A stretch of 32,000 nt of DNA. Source: Candidatus Saccharimonadota bacterium (GTDB taxonomy: Bacteria > Pseudomonadota > Alphaproteobacteria > Rickettsiales > Anaplasmataceae). The stretch's first letter is position 1. Every line of letters begins with the position of its first letter. Shown in pieces: positions 31,292 through 32,000 of the stretch. Location: NCBI RefSeq assembly GCF_013365495.1, contig NZ_CP046580.1, forward strand, positions 570,001 through 602,000. Reading direction: 5' to 3'. A program made the translations under genes and the position numbers. The notes under the pieces were generated by a model. It made no database searches. It was not told the DNA's origin and was given only the letters and a program-made list of their open reading frames with translations.

Positions 31292-32000
31292 CAAAATTAA
31301 AGAGAATAACCCTACTTACCAAACTATAACCATAATTACTTACATAGATTTATATAGTGAACGTCAGTTTTTTAAACAACCATACTCGTAAAAGGTTATT
31401 GTTTTACTATTTCACCCAAAAGACATGCTTTTTTTAATCAGCTTGTTTCATACTTTGCCACCTGACCAAATCATCATAACTGATTTTGAAGAAGAACCAA
31501 CCAAATCTATTTGACTATCAATAAATTACCAGAAAAAGAATTCATTTCTAGAAAAATGAGAGTCAACTATTACAACACCACTTTTAGAACCTAAATTAGA
31601 AACCATAGTAATATTTGTCAGTTTTTATAGAATCAACACTTGACAAACTATTTTCTAACAATCTACGCCAATAAATTGTATTGAACCTGAACCTCTCCTA
31701 CTTGCATATCTTAAATTGCACTCCATTAAGTTTTCCATAACATTAGAAAGCTTACGTTCTATCTTACATTCTCTAATAATTTTTACAGTTTCATTAATTT
31801 CATTAAATTAAACTCAAAAAAAATTTTATTAAAGATTGTTATCATTACGAGCTAACAGACATGTAATTTTTAACATTTAAATTATTAATAAAACCTATCC
31901 GCTGTTCTAACTGATTGATAAACTTATCCTTTTTGAAACCTTAATACCATTAATAAAATAAATTCTTTCTAATATTCTTCCTTCAACTCAAAAAATATTT

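Noticed and set aside
1-32000. I looked in the spacers for housekeeping ncRNAs using conserved cores: RNase P RNA (GAGGAAAGTCC), SRP/4.5S RNA (GGAAGCAGCC), and the tmRNA tRNA-like end and tag ORF. I also looked for extra GTTCGAAT/GTTCAAAT T-loops.
   Set aside because: By eye, no core motif appears on either strand outside the four annotated tRNAs. AATAAAGTCCCTAC at ~31147-31160 shares only AAAGTCC with RNase P RNA. A covariance-model scan (Rfam/Infernal) would be the decisive check.

Overview
This is a very AT-rich 32-kb window that reads as core chromosome of a reduced, obligately intracellular alphaproteobacterium of the Anaplasmataceae. GroEL/GroES, PPDK and the rpsB-tsf-pyrH-frr-uppS-cdsA cluster look most like Wolbachia. 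That call is from memory of protein sequences, not from a search. I support 22 protein-coding genes (15 on the minus strand, 7 on the plus strand) and 4 tRNAs (Phe-GAA, Asp-GUC, Leu-CAA, Gln-UUG). All are housekeeping: translation, replication (dnaG, dnaB), chaperonins, pyrimidine, CoA and lipid-carrier synthesis, and ppdK. By my coordinates the genes and tRNAs cover 23,485 of 32,000 bp (about 73%). The other ~8.5 kb is spacer, including seven blocks of 0.5-1.5 kb with essentially no ORF of 60 aa or more. I see no IS or transposase, prophage, CRISPR, toxin-antitoxin, secretion or defence genes, and no rRNA. I do not find a convincing novel multi-gene system here. The points worth a second look are: (1) a single ORF fusing full-length RpiB to full-length UbiG; (2) a signal-peptide-bearing class I glutamine amidotransferase/peptidase C26-like protein whose catalytic His appears replaced by Tyr; (3) a near-consensus RpoH (sigma-32) type promoter upstream of groES with no CIRCE element; (4) long, strongly C>G-skewed dead spacers next to tightly overlapping operon genes, including 1.5 kb directly downstream of dnaG where rpoD sits in the classical operon; (5) a ~26-aa in-frame insertion in CarB; (6) a weak possible gene relic plus a minus-strand terminator at the right end.
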